A DNA stretch of 63,361 nt, filler included, from Basidiobolus ranarum (GCA_040143965.1; 35 parts of 35 records of this genome joined end to end with filler, not necessarily neighbours in it); one strand, 5' to 3'; shown: positions 1 through 12,943, numbered from the whole stretch's first letter. The notes: generated by a model not told the origin, from the letters alone. Made by a program: numbers and translations.

Positions 1-219
1 ACAGGTAACATCCCATTCCCTTTTCTCCCAACCACCTTCCCATTACTAACCAGAGCACTTAGGATGATGCCAACGTCATTGACCACAACACTGTTCTTGA
101 TTTCAGTCTTATTATGAGGATGTTTGTAGCTGACTATCTACAGGTTTTTACTTGATGGCCTGACAGAACATTAAATTATTATTTAACTGAATGAACTTCA
201 TTTCTAAATTATATATTAA

Positions 220-1354
220 TCAATGCCATAGTTCCGGTAAGGCACGTGGTAACTCGGTAATCTCAACAATCTGATGGTCAGCAACAGTGCTGGTCTTACT
301 AGGAGTTGCGGTAACATGTACAGTGTTCCAACCAAGTTTCTGAGTTTTGAAAATGTCGTTAGTTTAAGCAGTGAACCAAGGAAGTTGAATTGTACCTACT
401 TTGGCGGTACAGATGTTGGGCTCTGAATCATCTACTAGGTAGCACAGACTAGGATCCTGAATGTTAGCCATCTTCATAGCAACCTTGTACTGTTCAATAT
501 CTTTAAAAGATCGGAATATTCCATTAGTTCATCCGGGTATTGTTAGGGGGGAGGGCTAAATTCTCTGGATGAAATACCTGGTTTAGCAAGAAAGTTGGGA
601 ATTGAATAGTCACAGTATGTAATTCCTTCAAACTGATCTTCAATACCAAGAATACTGAGTACACGTTTGGCATGCTAAATTTGATGTATAAAACCAATCA
701 GTCTCTATCTAAACCTAGCAAGTGAGTAGAAAATATCAGTGAAAAGGGATTACAGGTAAAGCTGCGTTGGTGAAGGCCCATTTTTTCATTGGAAGTGTTT
801 GTAACATCTTTCGAAGGGCGGGGTTAGGTGATAGAATCTCTTCCAAAGGCAAACTACCGTCAACTTTTTGGTCTATTCCAAGGGTTTCGGATTATTTTGT
901 GAGTTCTAAATATTTGAAAAGAAAACTGACTGTACCATATTCCATAGGATCAATATCTGAATAATTCAAGTTAGCCAAATTTTTCTTTTCGAAATGGAAT
1001 ATTCACTTGGTTACTTACTATGAAACTTTATTAGTCCTCGAACCGTCATACCATATTTTTTCGAGTAAGATCTACATAAAGGAACAACCTCTGCTTCGGG
1101 AATACCTATCTCTTTGGCAAAGGCAAAGATTCTGAGTGTTGGAAAGTTGAGTTATTCGAAAGAGGGAATTGCAATCAGTAATTAATATTCATTTTAACAG
1201 AAGATTAGTCGATTTGTTTCTCAAATGAGATACTCTCTAAGTCATACCTATCACACATTAAGTCATAGACTCCTAGAGAAAGTGAGTAAAGGCAGTTGTC
1301 CACATCAAAGAAGAAAACACCTGGCTTTGTATATGAAGGTTCGGCTCCTAGCAT
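220..1354 (-). CDS. SDT1: HAD-family pyrimidine 5'-nucleotidase (Sdt1/Phm8-like), multi-exon, apparently complete
   Basis: Exons read MLGAEPSYTKPGVFFFDVDNCLYS (HAD motif I), VDGSLPLEEILSPNPALRKMLQTLPMKKWAFTNA, HAKRVLSILGIEDQFEGITYCDY..AKP, CYLVDDSEPN, GWNTVHV..ELPRALPELWH*; short introns between. Confidence 0.85.
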
Positions 1355-1721
1355 GATATTTGAACTTGCTACTAAAATGTGTAACCGTGTAATATTCTTT
1401 CCTCCGTTTATATATATACGCGAGGGAATTCATTTCATAATCCTGGGATCAATATATTTCTTGTTGCAGTTTGGAAATTTAGAAAGGAATTTCTGACACT
1501 GGGATATTTCCATATTTGTTACCAATCATGTTGTTTTGATAAAAACAGGAGGTGGTATTAAATTCCATCAGTAAATAGTTTTTCGAATTGATTTTGTTAT
1601 ATATAAAGTAGAGATATGGTCAACGCATCGGCACAATTTCCCACAGACCAAACAAATGGTTACTGGTAGTTGGTTCCTAATTGTTGACTTTCCATCTAGA
1701 GCACTTAAGACAACTAAATAG

Positions 1722-1821
1722 NNNNNNNNNNNNNNNNNNNNNNNNNNNNNNNNNNNNNNNNNNNNTTAATTAATTAANNNNNNNNNNNNNNNNNNNNNNN
1801 NNNNNNNNNNNNNNNNNNNNN
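1722..1821. other. Artificial contig linker, first of 34
   Basis: N44-TTAATTAATTAA-N44 recurs about every 1.81 kb; the contigs between shrink monotonically from 1721 to 1706 bp. Confidence 0.99.
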
Positions 1822-1932
1822 TCATAGTAAACTATAAATAGGACATATTCAATTCAATAAAACTTAAGTGTCTAATTCACAAATCCAAATCTTGTCCAAA
1901 ACACTTCCAAATCCCCTAAACACTTTTATCAA
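1822..1932 (+). repeat. 3' part of Copia LTR family B
   Basis: Near-identical to 16427-16530 and reverse-complementary to part of 16775-17122. Confidence 0.7.
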
Positions 1933-2019
1933 CCTAAAGCTTAGAGAAGACTTTTCCAGAATTTAGAAGCAAATTGAGATCCTTGGTCAGAGAAGATATT
2001 TACAGGGAGTTCATGTAGG

Positions 2020-2880
2020 CAGAGGATTGTGATTGTAGAAAAACCATCACAATCTTCAGCCATTTTGGATAGACCATTTACTCACTATCATAATATTGTC
2101 AGGTTAGATTTGATTTTGATCAATTTTTTCAGTTTCTAGATTGAAATTTCAAGATCTTGCAAAATAGCTGTTCATGATTGACTAGAATCTTGGAAAACTA
2201 TGGATCAACACATTTCAAAAATATAACTGTACTGTTACACATTTACCACTTGAATGCTAATTTGCCTTCTTCAAAATTCCTAGGTTCTTTGATATATGCT
2301 CCCGAATATTTTTATAGACCTCTTCATACCCAAGGTTTTGCTTATATCTAATACAAGTTTGTATCAATATATCAATCAAAGCTCACCATTGTATTAACAT
2401 TGCTGAATCAACATTCTTCCATCTATCTGGCTGACACCCCGCAATATTATACCACTTCGTATTAAATTCTTCCCAGATACTAGCATAGTCAACACCAGAC
2501 TAAATTTCTAGTGAAATGTTCTTTTTCTGAAGCCACTTTCTGCATACTTGCACTGCATTTTCCCTCCTGATGTTGAAAATACTCCTCAAGCACTTTTACT
2601 ATTTTCATAAATCCTTGTGGTGAGACACTACTGAGGGTGTCTTGTGCTGTTTGCATAGCTTTTTGCTTGCCTTCAACTCTGGGGCTAAGGCACTTTGCTT
2701 ATTTTTATATATCCTTGTAGTGTTACACTACTCAGGGTGCTTTGCTGTGTTTGTATGGCTTTTTGCTTGCCATTAAGTTTGGGACTATTTTCAACACTTT
2801 GAAAAGTACCAGTTGAGGTTGGAGAGCCATGAGTTTTATTTGCTGGTGTTTTGGCTTGTTGAGAGGTGCCAGTTGTTGGA
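2020..2880 (-). mobile_element. CACTA/EnSpm subterminal region and 3' part of accessory ORF, degenerate
   Basis: Same sequence family as 6230-7030, 48508-48902 and 54543-55420; includes an approx. 100-bp internal duplication (2590-2690 / 2691-2790). Confidence 0.75.
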
Positions 2881-3542
2881 TAATCTTTTCAAAATTCCAC
2901 TTGAATATATACAAGTCCAATACTTCCAGCTGTTGCATTCAAAAAAACACCTAGATGAGTGAATATTGATGTGAGCCCTGGTAAAATATGATGGTATCTT
3001 GATGTTTTCAAGCATTTTCCCAATCAATTCAAACCTTGATCCTATTTCAAATGGCTCATCCATATTGAATTTTGTACTATTTAGCTGGGTAAGTAGTGTT
3101 TGAATGCTGTTGAATAGTAAGTTCATAGTGCCCAATGGGAAGTGCTGGTTCCAGCTGATCCTCTTTAGCAATATAATCTTAGGCTTATGGCTAGTACCAT
3201 GTATGATGTTAGACTGACTATTTGGTGTCTGGATATCAGTGATCATGTTGAAATCTGACTAAGCTCTTGATGGTAAAATCACAGAGTTTAGTTTTGTATT
3301 AGGATAGTAGTAAAGCATATGCCTAATAGAATAACTCCATTGATTTGACAAAATCTACAGCAAGAGAGTGCATTATGCCCTCAAAAACCACCAAGTTTAC
3401 TAATGGCAGGAGTTTCACCAGTACATTTAAGCATATTAGGGTTTATAAAATATACATGCATCTGAAACCCATTAGATAAGCTTTTAAATTGCACAAACAA
3501 AGGCTCTAAGAAGCTATCTATAAGCACTGGTGATTTAGGTCC
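2880..3542 (-). mobile_element. CACTA (Transposase_21/tnp2-type) transposase remnant
   Basis: GPKSPVLIDSFLEPL, GETPAISKLGGF*GHNALSCCRFCQING and WKYWTCIYS motifs, with stops and frameshifts. Confidence 0.8.
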
Positions 3543-3642
3543 NNNNNNNNNNNNNNNNNNNNNNNNNNNNNNNNNNNNNNNNNNNNTTAATTAATTAANN
3601 NNNNNNNNNNNNNNNNNNNNNNNNNNNNNNNNNNNNNNNNNN

Positions 3643-3840
3643 TCAGGTAAACTTGGCGCTATTATTGCCACGTTTGGATTCAATCAATTGGTAGAAATCG
3701 GGGGTAAAGATGGTGATCACGCCTTCCTCCCTCAAACACTCGGCATCTTCGCAGCCATTATGTTCCTTGGATTCTTGTCTACTTTCTGGGTTCCAGAAAC
3801 CAAGGGAAAGTCGTTGGAAGAAATTTCTGGCGAATGTTAA
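3643..3840 (+). CDS. PHO84: MFS phosphate:H+ symporter, C-terminal fragment
   Basis: SGKLGAIIATFGFNQL..TLGIFAAIMFLGFLSTFWVPETKGKSLEEISGEC*, the typical Pho84 C-terminus. Confidence 0.85.
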   Translation, partial: SGKLGAIIATFGFNQLVEIGGKDGDHAFLPQTLGIFAAIMFLGFLSTFWVPETKGKSLEEISGEC

Positions 3841-5154
3841 TTCTGGCGTGGTATCTACTAAACTATTCCTAACTTACCGTACATAATTCCTTATAAGCTA
3901 AATAATTTCTGCCACTATCCAATAGAACTGGAACATAAAAATAAATTCTACTAAAGACATGTAATTGCCTTAGATCAAGTTCTACCTAATACCAAAACAC
4001 TCTTCCATGTATTCAAGTCTTTTTTTATTCCCTCTTAGTCGGCTTTCTTCCGGCATTGGGCGTAAAAATAAACATGCCAAGTCTCTCACTTTATAGCTAC
4101 TTTGACTATGCGATACCAATACCAATAGATATTGTTGCGGTAGAAACAACGAATTTGGAAAAGTAAATATGTTTTACTAAATAGTTCCATAATGATTATA
4201 GAGTTACCGGAGCCAATCCCAAAGGCGATTATTACTGAACACGAATATTCCTTCACCTCACATGAAGTAGCCGGAGTGAATCTCAAACGCGATTACTACT
4301 GATGTGGATGTTCGTTCATCTCGCATCCCTAGCTCGTATATTCATCCGTTTGTGTAACAATGCCTCTTGCTGTGACTAATGGTAGGCTTCGGTAAGTACT
4401 AGAAGAGATTTTATCTATAGTAGTAGATTTCTCCAAGAGGAATACATTGCTAATGGTTGATTTCTCCGACAGAAACTGCCTAGAAGAGATTTCATCTATA
4501 GCGGTGGGTTTCTCCAAGAGGAATCGTCTTGTTGGCGCACAGAAGAATAAATCTATTTAATGGCCGTTGATAGCTCCCATTGAAACTCAGAATATTCACC
4601 ATGAAATTCTTAGCCGTATTCCAAGTATCACTTCTAATGATTGAATCAAAGTTAATTTAAGTGAAGTCTATGGGGTGACAGGGGACAAAAACTTACTCAG
4701 AGGATGATATCTTTACTTGCATAATGATCGAAGAACTAGGCAGAATATTATAGTTCGAAAGCATTGGGAGAGAAAAGAGAGATAAGTAATTGCTTTAAAA
4801 GTATGGTGACAACTGGTTATTGGATGAGTGGACTATTTTCTGTATTTGATAAGAATCTTGCATGCATTAACGTTTAAACAAAATAATCATGGTTATTTGT
4901 TAATTAAAAGAAATTTTCAAGTAATTATATATCGATTGGCTTTAGAAATAGTAGTATAAATTTGAGCATAGGAATATAATTGCGTGATATCGGTGACTTG
5001 TAAATCCATTCAGCAATGCCCAGATCCTACTAATTGAGTACTTATGCTCAATGTACAAACGGTGCATTTGTCGTAGTATTCAAGGTACATTCTATGCAAT
5101 ATTTTGTACTGTACTTTATGATCGAAGAAATAAGGAATGATAGATATTTTGTAT

Positions 5155-5362
5155 TCATACATGGCTCAAGAAGCTGATCAGCCCTTTTGTTGTATCTTCT
5201 GGTCCCTCTTCCCAAATATAATGACCACCTTGGTAAGTCTGTAATGTGAGTTTGGAGGCATAATCTTTTGTAGTTGAAGCAATAAGCGCACCAACAACTG
5301 TATCAACTACAGCAAGTACTGGAATGGTAAGAGGTGTCTTGTAGTAACCCTTATATTTGTAT
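5155..5362 (-). CDS. Alpha/beta-hydrolase, C-terminal fragment
   Basis: LTIPVLAVVD..YQGGHYIWEEGPEDTTKGLISFLSHV* matches the catalytic-His GH..xE.P motif and terminal helix. Confidence 0.65.
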
Positions 5363-5462
5363 NNNNNNNNNNNNNNNNNNNNNNNNNNNNNNNNNNNNNN
5401 NNNNNNTTAATTAATTAANNNNNNNNNNNNNNNNNNNNNNNNNNNNNNNNNNNNNNNNNNNN

Positions 5463-5678
5463 GACAAAACTATAAATGTCAACTTTCTACTCAATAAATC
5501 AATAAGTGAAAACCACCAATTCCTCTAATTCTCCAAACCACTTCCAACAGGCTCCCAAATACTTTAACACTATATAGGTGCCTAGGCAACACTAATTTTA
5601 ACATTCTTCCTTAACCAAATAGTTATATAAATAAATCCTAAGAAAGGTCAAAATTTCTTAAATTTCTGTCTAGCCATG
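5463..5678. repeat. Copia LTR-A 3' end (+, to 5569) abutting an inverted LTR-A/PPT fragment
   Basis: Ends CCCAAATACTTTAACA, identical to 20012-20118; the following bases match the reverse of LTR-A start plus PPT (cf. 41555-41660). Confidence 0.8.
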
Positions 5679-7030
5679 ATCATACATGTTCTCAAAGAAA
5701 CTTTGACTTTTCAGATTCTGGTAGTGATATCCATCAAGTATATTGGTAATACCATCAGCTTTACGGTGAGTACTTTGGTGTTGGATCAATGATCTATATT
5801 TGGGTGATTTCATCAAAACTTTAAGATGGGGAATCAATGGTATGTAAGCTGAATTTGAACAATATTTACCTGATTCAGTGATTGCCAATTGTGTGCAAAC
5901 AGTACATGACTTCAGGTTTTTCCAATCACTGGTGAAAGCCAAACAACCATTTGGACATGAAGGCAGTTTAATTACTGAAGGATTATAAGTCATACAATTG
6001 ACAAGTGTTTTCCACTTGTACCAGGTCTGTGGCAAGCAACAGTTGCCAATCAACTGCGGTAAAAGTGTAAGAAAACCAATAAACACCTGGTTGCTAATAT
6101 TGGATTGAACTCTCCACTCCTCAATAATCAAAGCTGCTTTCTTTACAGTGGATGTTATGATTGGACTAATGTTTGCAAATTACAAAGAGTCCATAACAAA
6201 ACCATCATCTTCTTCTTCAACTTCTGAAAACCTTCACAATTTTAATCCATTTGGGATTGACCATTTACTTACCATCATAAAATCATCAAGTTAGAATTGA
6301 TTTAAAACAATTTTTTCAGTTTCAGGAGTGAAATTTCAAGATCCTGCAAAATAGTTATGCTCAATTGGCTACAATCTCAGAGAACTCCGGATCAACACAT
6401 GTGCAAAAAACGTAACTCAAACATTACACAATCACCACCTGCATGCTAATTTGTCACCTTCAAAATCCCCAGTCTCTTGGATATATTCACCTGAATATTT
6501 TTATAGAGTTCTTCATACCTAAGGTTTAGCTCATACCCAACACAAGTTTGTATCAATATCTCCATCAAAGCACACCATTATGTTAACATTGCTAAATCAA
6601 CATTCTTCCAGCTATTTGGCAGATACCCTGCAATATTGTGCCACTCTGTATTAAGTTCTTCCCAGATATCTGCATGGTCAATACCAGACCAAATGTCAAG
6701 TTGAATGTTCTTCTTTTGAAGCTGCTTTTGGCATACTTTCTCAGCATTTTTCCCTTCATACTTTTGAAAATACTCCTCAAGCACTTTGACTATCTATATA
6801 CATCCTTGTGGTTTGACACTAGTAAGAGGCTTTGTGGTGTTTGTGCAGCTATTTGATTACCTTTGAGTTTGAGGCTAATTTCAACACTTTGAAAAGTACC
6901 AGTTGAGGTCAGAGAGCTATGAGTTTTACTTGCAGGTGTTTTGGCTTGTTGAGAGATGCCAGGTGTTGGATAAACTTTGAAATTTAGCACTCTTCCACTG
7001 GTGTACCTGGTTCCATGGTGAAATTAAGAT
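5679..7030 (-). mobile_element. CACTA transposase N-terminal remnant joined to subterminal/accessory-ORF piece
   Basis: ORF 5670-6131 has SCPNGCLAF..C..C and AYIPLIPHLK (tnp2-type N-region); 6230-7030 matches 54580-55380. Confidence 0.8.
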
Positions 7031-7035
7031 CTTTT

Positions 7036-7182
7036 CACTAACAAAAATAAAATTGATTTGATCTGGATCAGATCCACCCTCCAAAATAGTAAAACCATCA
7101 GTGAACCATCACAATATTGGTGGCTTGCATTCTGCCAGGGATTTTGATGGTGTGATGGCAGTTTCTTGACAGTATTTTGACA
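7036..7182 (+). mobile_element. Probable CACTA terminus (CACTAACAAAAAT...)
   Basis: Homology to the accessory-ORF region stops abruptly at CACTA; resembles the CCCTAACAGAAAT terminus at 25675, 48508 and 54543. Confidence 0.55.
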
Positions 7183-7282
7183 NNNNNNNNNNNNNNNNNN
7201 NNNNNNNNNNNNNNNNNNNNNNNNNNTTAATTAATTAANNNNNNNNNNNNNNNNNNNNNNNNNNNNNNNNNNNNNNNNNNNN

Positions 7283-9001
7283 TTTACAAACCCACCTGCT
7301 GCACATAGCCTGGTGAATATCAACAGTAATAAGTGCACCGAATCTACTATGGTTTTGCCCACTGAGTCCACTGACTGTATTTTGCCACAAAGTTTTTGTA
7401 ACACTACCAAAAGTCAATATATCATGGTGTCACCATAGCTATATGACTTGAATGATGTAGAATGAAATGTAACTTTGGTCAAACCAGCAAGGCTAGACAA
7501 CTTTGAGGACATGCTGCTAGATATTGACCTTGTTTATTCAAGTACTGATGATTGTATATCAGCAGTTGAAGAAGAAGACAATGGTTTTGTTACAGACTCT
7601 TTCTTATTATCAAACATTATTTACTCATAACACTTACAGTAAAGGGAGCAGCTTTGATTATTGAGGAGTGGTGCATTCAATTCAATCTTAGCATTCAGGA
7701 GTTTATTAGTTAAGTTACACTTTTACCACATTTGATTGGCAACTATTGCTTGCCACAGACCTGGTACAAGTGGAAAACACTTAGCTATAGTATGACTTAT
7801 AATCCCTCAGTAATCAAGCTACCTTCATGTCCAAATGGGTGTTTGGTTTTCACTAGGGATATGAAAAACCTGAAGTCATGTACTCTTTGCACACAATGGG
7901 CAATCACTGAATCAGGTAAGTACTATTCACATTTGGCTTACATATCATTAATTCCCCATCTTAAAGTTTTGATGAAATAATCAAAATATAGATCATTTAG
8001 CCAACACCAAAGTACTCACTGTAAGGCTGATGGTATCACTGATATACCTGATGGATAGCACTACCAGAATCTGAAAAGTCAAGGTTTTTTTGAGAACACA
8101 TATGATAATGCATTTGCATTGGCTAAGGATGATATCTTGCTATACAACTATACCATTGGAAGGGCTTGCCAGCCAATAATTTTGATTAACTAAAATCTTC
8201 CTCCTCCTGAACAGTAAAAGCATCATGATATTCTGATACTATCCATCACATCTGGACCTAAATCACCAGTGCTTATAGATTGCTGATTACAGCCTTTAGT
8301 AGCAGAGTTTGAATAGTTAAGTAATAGAGTTCACTGGTGAATATTTTATTGATGCTTATATCATTGTATTTATTGGTGACACTCCTGCCATCAGTAAACT
8401 TGGAGATTTTTGTGAGCATAATGCACTATCTTGCTTTAGCTTCTGTCAAATCAATGGAGTGTATTTGATCAGGCATACACATTACTATTATCCAAAGACA
8501 AACCTAAGCTTCACGATTTTACCATCAAAAGCCTATTCAGATTTCAATATAATCACTGATATCACTTCACCAAATAGTTAGTCTAACATCAAACTTGGTA
8601 TTAGCTGTAAGCCTAAGATTTTTTTGCTCAAGGGGATTAGCTGGAGCCAGCGCATCCCATTAGGCACTATGCATATACTACTCAACAACATTCAAATACT
8701 ACTAACTCAGCTACATTAGAGCATTCAATATGAATTAAACATTCAAGAAAGGATCAAAGTTTGAATTATTTAGGGTAATGCTTCAGAATGTTATGGTACC
8801 ATCATATTTTACCAGGTCTCCCCTCATTATCCACTCATGAAGGCATTTATTCAAAATCAAAGACTGGAAGTGTTGGATTTATATATTTTGAAGTGGAATT
8901 TTGAAAAGATTTCTGCCTGATAAGTATTGGCAACATTGGGAGTTGTTTGTGGATATTGTTAATATATTCTTACGGCATCAACTCATATTGGCAGATCTCA
9001 G
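7283..9001 (+). mobile_element. CACTA/EnSpm transposase pseudogene, longest copy
   Basis: Colinear motifs CPNGC, DIPDG*HY, PIILIN*NLPP, SGPKSP..LQPLVAEF, GDTPAISKL..HNALSC..FC, KDWKCWI; many stops. Confidence 0.88.
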
Positions 9002-9101
9002 NNNNNNNNNNNNNNNNNNNNNNNNNNNNNNNNNNNNNNNNNNNNTTAATTAATTAANNNNNNNNNNNNNNNNNNNNNNNNNNNNNNNNNNNNNNNNNNN
9101 N

Positions 9102-9618
9102 GTTCTTGATTTTAGAGCTAATACTAGGCTCTGAAACTTATGTGGTTGGCTATTCAGGACTGCAACTATGATATCTTGATCAGTGGTAAATTCTCCAATG
9201 CATTCTATTTCATCCACTAAAATAGAGACTCTATCAATTAGTAATATAATGTCTTCTCCTGACTTCACCTTTGAGTTAAAGAATTTTCTTCTTGGAAACA
9301 TCTTGTTGGCAGCAGAACTTGCTTAGTAGGTGTCTTCCAAGGCTTTCCATACCTTCTTGGCAGTTTTAGCTCTTGAACATTGAATTAGCAATTTGTCTTG
9401 AACATTGAGAACAATTGTGTTAAGGGCACTTTATACTTTTTTAACCTGGAGTAAAACATTAGTTTCAGATAGTTTGGCATTGTTTTCTTCTCTTACAACA
9501 GTGTCCCAAAGTCTTTTTCTTGCAGCAGCAAGTTCATTTTAATTTTCCAAATTTGTTAATGAGTTTCATCCAAATTTTCACAAGAGGGCAAAGTTCCATA
9601 AATTTTTGAAGTAGACAT
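9102..9618 (-). mobile_element. Copia gag remnant (family A)
   Basis: TAKKVWKALEDTY..AANKMFPRRKFF..DQDIIVAVLNSQP; directly follows LTR-A and PBS. Confidence 0.85.
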
Positions 9619-9637
9619 TACAGAGAGTGCAAGCTTG

Positions 9638-9649
9638 GGGCTCATAACC
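9638..9649 (-). promoter_or_regulatory. Primer binding site GGTTATGAGCCC (tRNA-iMet anticodon half)
   Basis: Abuts the LTR end ..TTTAACA; complementary to the GGGCTCATAACC anticodon arm of initiator tRNA-Met. Confidence 0.85.
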
Positions 9650-9966
9650 TGTTAAAGTATTGGGAGCCTGTTAGAAGTGGTTTGGAGAATTAGAGGAAAT
9701 GGTGATTTTCATGTCATTTATAGTTTTGTCAAGATGTAAACAAACAAACATGAGGAATGTATTAAGGAAGGTCCCAGGAACATGTGTGCAAAGTTTGGGG
9801 CTTCTAGCACAAGTTTGAAAAATCTATCTGAGAACTTCTAAGTTAGTAAAAATATTCTAAGTAAATTCCTTATGAGAATAATGGATACTATCATAGTTCA
9901 ATATAAGAAACTAAGTACTAAGCTATATATGACTATATAGATGCTTAGGCAATGCTAACTTCAACA
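9650..9966 (-). repeat. Copia LTR-A (5' LTR)
   Basis: TGTTGAA...TTTAACA termini; matches 41239-41586, 60432-60788 and 62570-62918. Confidence 0.88.
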
Positions 9967-10519
9967 AACTCCACTTACTTTAATCTATCTTTTGCCTCCT
10001 GTTTTATGCAACTAACTTGCAGCCTGATACTTGCAAGTGGGGAGGTAGCATAGACTATCCATCCCATTTGATAAAGTTTTGATGTCACTATGGTGATATA
10101 TATATGTTGACTTGAGTTGCAACTAAAATATATCTCATTAATAAAGGCACTCTAATACCACATTTAATGTTGTAGGATCAGTTGGAATAACTTTTGGGGA
10201 GATATTCTAATATGGTGCTGTCAATCAAGAATACCTAATCCTACACCTAACAATTTCCCCCAGAAGCCACTCTATCTATTTGCTATACAAGGCCAAACCC
10301 AACTATACATGAAATGTTTTGAGTTTTGTATTAATTGACTCGCTAATTCAACAAATGCTTGGGTGGCTTACATGCATCGACATTGGTATTGCTGCCTGTT
10401 TTCCTAGTCAAACACAATAAAGGCTTACTGAAATTTTACAATAGAATAATTGCCTAATTGTTGGCTTCAAAAACACCATGTATTTATTATAGCTTTTACT
10501 CGCAATAGGATGGCCTATA

Positions 10520-10795
10520 CTATCTAGTATACCAGTCAAAAGTATGTTCTCTTTTTTCGAAAACAACTCCACCGATGAGACCATGCTCGTCTCGTTCAAT
10601 CCTCTCAGCAACTGTATCTAATGCCATCCAGTCATCATCAGTGCGGTCAGTAGGCTTAGATTCCGTGGTTTTGATAAAGGTAGTTTTGCCATTTGCTCTT
10701 GGTGCATCAACATAATTTCCATTGGCATTGATTGCATTGATAACATAGCCGCTGTAACGCATCTTGTGAGGTGTAAACGCTTTGATTGCTGATAT
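10520..10795 (-). CDS. Terminal exon of an unrecognised host gene
   Basis: After acceptor ..ACGTAG: ISAIKAFTPHKMRYSGYVINA..GGVVFEKREHTFDWYTR*; CpG retained, coding-like composition. Confidence 0.5.
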   Translation of the reverse strand: MSAIKAFTPHKMRYSGYVINAINANGNYVDAPRANGKTTFIKTTESKPTDRTDDDWMALDTVAERIERDEHGLIGGVVFEKREHTFDWYTR

Positions 10796-10920
10796 CTACG
10801 TATATACACATATATATACTNNNNNNNNNNNNNNNNNNNNNNNNNNNNNNNNNNNNNNNNNNNNTTAATTAATTAANNNNNNNNNNNNNNNNNNNNNNNN
10901 NNNNNNNNNNNNNNNNNNNN

Positions 10921-12639
10921 ACTCAGATCTGTGTGGCCCAATGCAGACAAAATCCTTAGGTGGAAAAAGGTATTTTATGACCTTTATTGATGACAAGACA
11001 AAGTATACTTGGGTGTACTTTCTGGCCAATAAGGTTGAAACTTTGATACCTTTAAGAAGTTTAAAGCTATGGTGGAGACTCAAACAGGTCTAAAGATTAA
11101 GATTATCTGTACTGATAATGGGGGGAATATACCTCAAAACTCTTCTCTAACTTCTGCTCAACACATGGGATAAAGCAGCAGACTACAGTGCCATATTCTC
11201 CAAAGCAGAATGAAGTAGCAGAATGGGCAAACAGATTAGTAATGGAAAAGGCAAGATCAATGCTTCATGATCAAGATTTACCAAAACAGTTCTGGGCTGA
11301 ATTGGTTGCAACTGCAGTATATATTAGGAATAGATGTCCTTCTAGATCTCTATTGGCTATGACATCTTATCAAGCTTGGTTTGGAAGTAAACCTGATGTG
11401 GCTAATCTCAGAGTTTTAGGAAGTAACATATATGCAATGATTCCAGACCAGAAGAGATTGAAATCAGACCAAAAAGCCAGAAATGTCTTTTTTTGGGATA
11501 TTGTGATGGAACAAAAGGGTACAGGCTATATGAGACTGAAAATAAGAGGCTAATCAATTCAAGGGATGTGGAATTTGTGGAAGAAGAAAAATTTTCAATC
11601 AAAACATTCCAGGAACATGAAAAACAACCAAAAATTGATGAAAATTCTACTTCCCCTCACCAGATCCTAATCAGTGAGAAAAACATTGTAAATTCCTCAC
11701 CTGCAGTCTCCTCAACCAAGCCTGAGGTGGTTTCAAAGCCTAAACTGGTACCAGAAGTTGTAGTGCTAATTTCCCATCTTAGGAGATCCAATTGGAGCAG
11801 ACCTCCACCTAATTACTACTCTCACACTAGCCAAAAGGAGCCTAATGCTAATTTAGCCTTTTCTGATGAACCCAAATCCATACAGGAGGCTATGGAGAGT
11901 CTCAACACAAAGTTTTGGAGTACTGCAATGGCAAAGGAGTATCAGTCACTTATAGATAACCAAACTTGGACTTTGGTTAAGTTACCTGAGGACCAAAAAT
12001 CAATTGGATGCAAATGAATGTTTAAATTTAAACAGCAAGCTGATGGATCTGTAGAGATATAAAGCCAGACTTGTGGCTAAAGGACACTCTCAAATGGAAG
12101 GAGTGGACTACAATGAAACTTTTGCTCCTGTAGCAAGGTTTAATCCCATCAGAACCATACTAGCAGTATCAACAAAACACAGCTTAAAAATCCATCAAAT
12201 GGATGTTGAAACTGCTTTTTTGAATGGGGACTTGGAAAAGGATATATTCATGGATCAACTAGATGGTTTTGTAGATCCTGAGCACCCTGAGGATGTGTGT
12301 AAGCTACAAAAATTACTATATGGACTTAAACAATCACCCAGGGCCTGGTACACTAAGATAGACTCATACTTGGAATCACTTGATTTCCAAAAGAGTACGG
12401 CAGATTTTGGGATCTACTTTAAGACAGATAAGGACAGTAAGGTGATACTTGCCTTATATGTGGATGATCTGATTATAGCTACCAATAATGATGAAGCTCT
12501 CAGGAACACCAAAAGAGATCTATCAGTCCAATTCAAGATGACCAATTTAGGTGAACTTACATATTTTTTAGGCCTGCAGATCCATACAGATATATTGAGC
12601 AAATCTATCACTCTGAATCAATCTAAATACATCTCAGAC
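10921..12639 (+). mobile_element. Copia pol (integrase then reverse transcriptase), degenerate
   Basis: HSDLCGP, TDNGGEY, PYSPKQNEVAE, GYCDGTKGYRLY, IHQMDVETAFLNG, LYGLKQSPRAW, LYVDD; INT before RT is Copia order. Confidence 0.95.
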
Positions 12640-12739
12640 NNNNNNNNNNNNNNNNNNNNNNNNNNNNNNNNNNNNNNNNNNNNTTAATTAATTAANNNNN
12701 NNNNNNNNNNNNNNNNNNNNNNNNNNNNNNNNNNNNNNN

Positions 12740-12943
12740 TTCCACATTCAAGGCTTCCCTACCATCAAGCTTTTCAAGGCTGGTAAAGATAAGGAAATTG
12801 TTGACTACGATGGTGATAGAACCGAAGAATCATTCATCGAATTCTTGAACAATAACGCCGTCAACAAGGTTGAGGTCACTCCCAAGAAGACTGAGGAGGA
12901 GACTCCTAAGGCTGAGGAGAACCCCGAGCACGATGAATTGTAA
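12740..12943 (+). CDS. PDI1: Protein disulfide-isomerase, C-terminal fragment
   Basis: IQGFPTIKLFKAGKDKEIVDYDGDRTEESFIEFL, acidic tail, HDEL* ER-retention signal. Confidence 0.92.
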   Translation, partial: FHIQGFPTIKLFKAGKDKEIVDYDGDRTEESFIEFLNNNAVNKVEVTPKKTEEETPKAEENPEHDEL

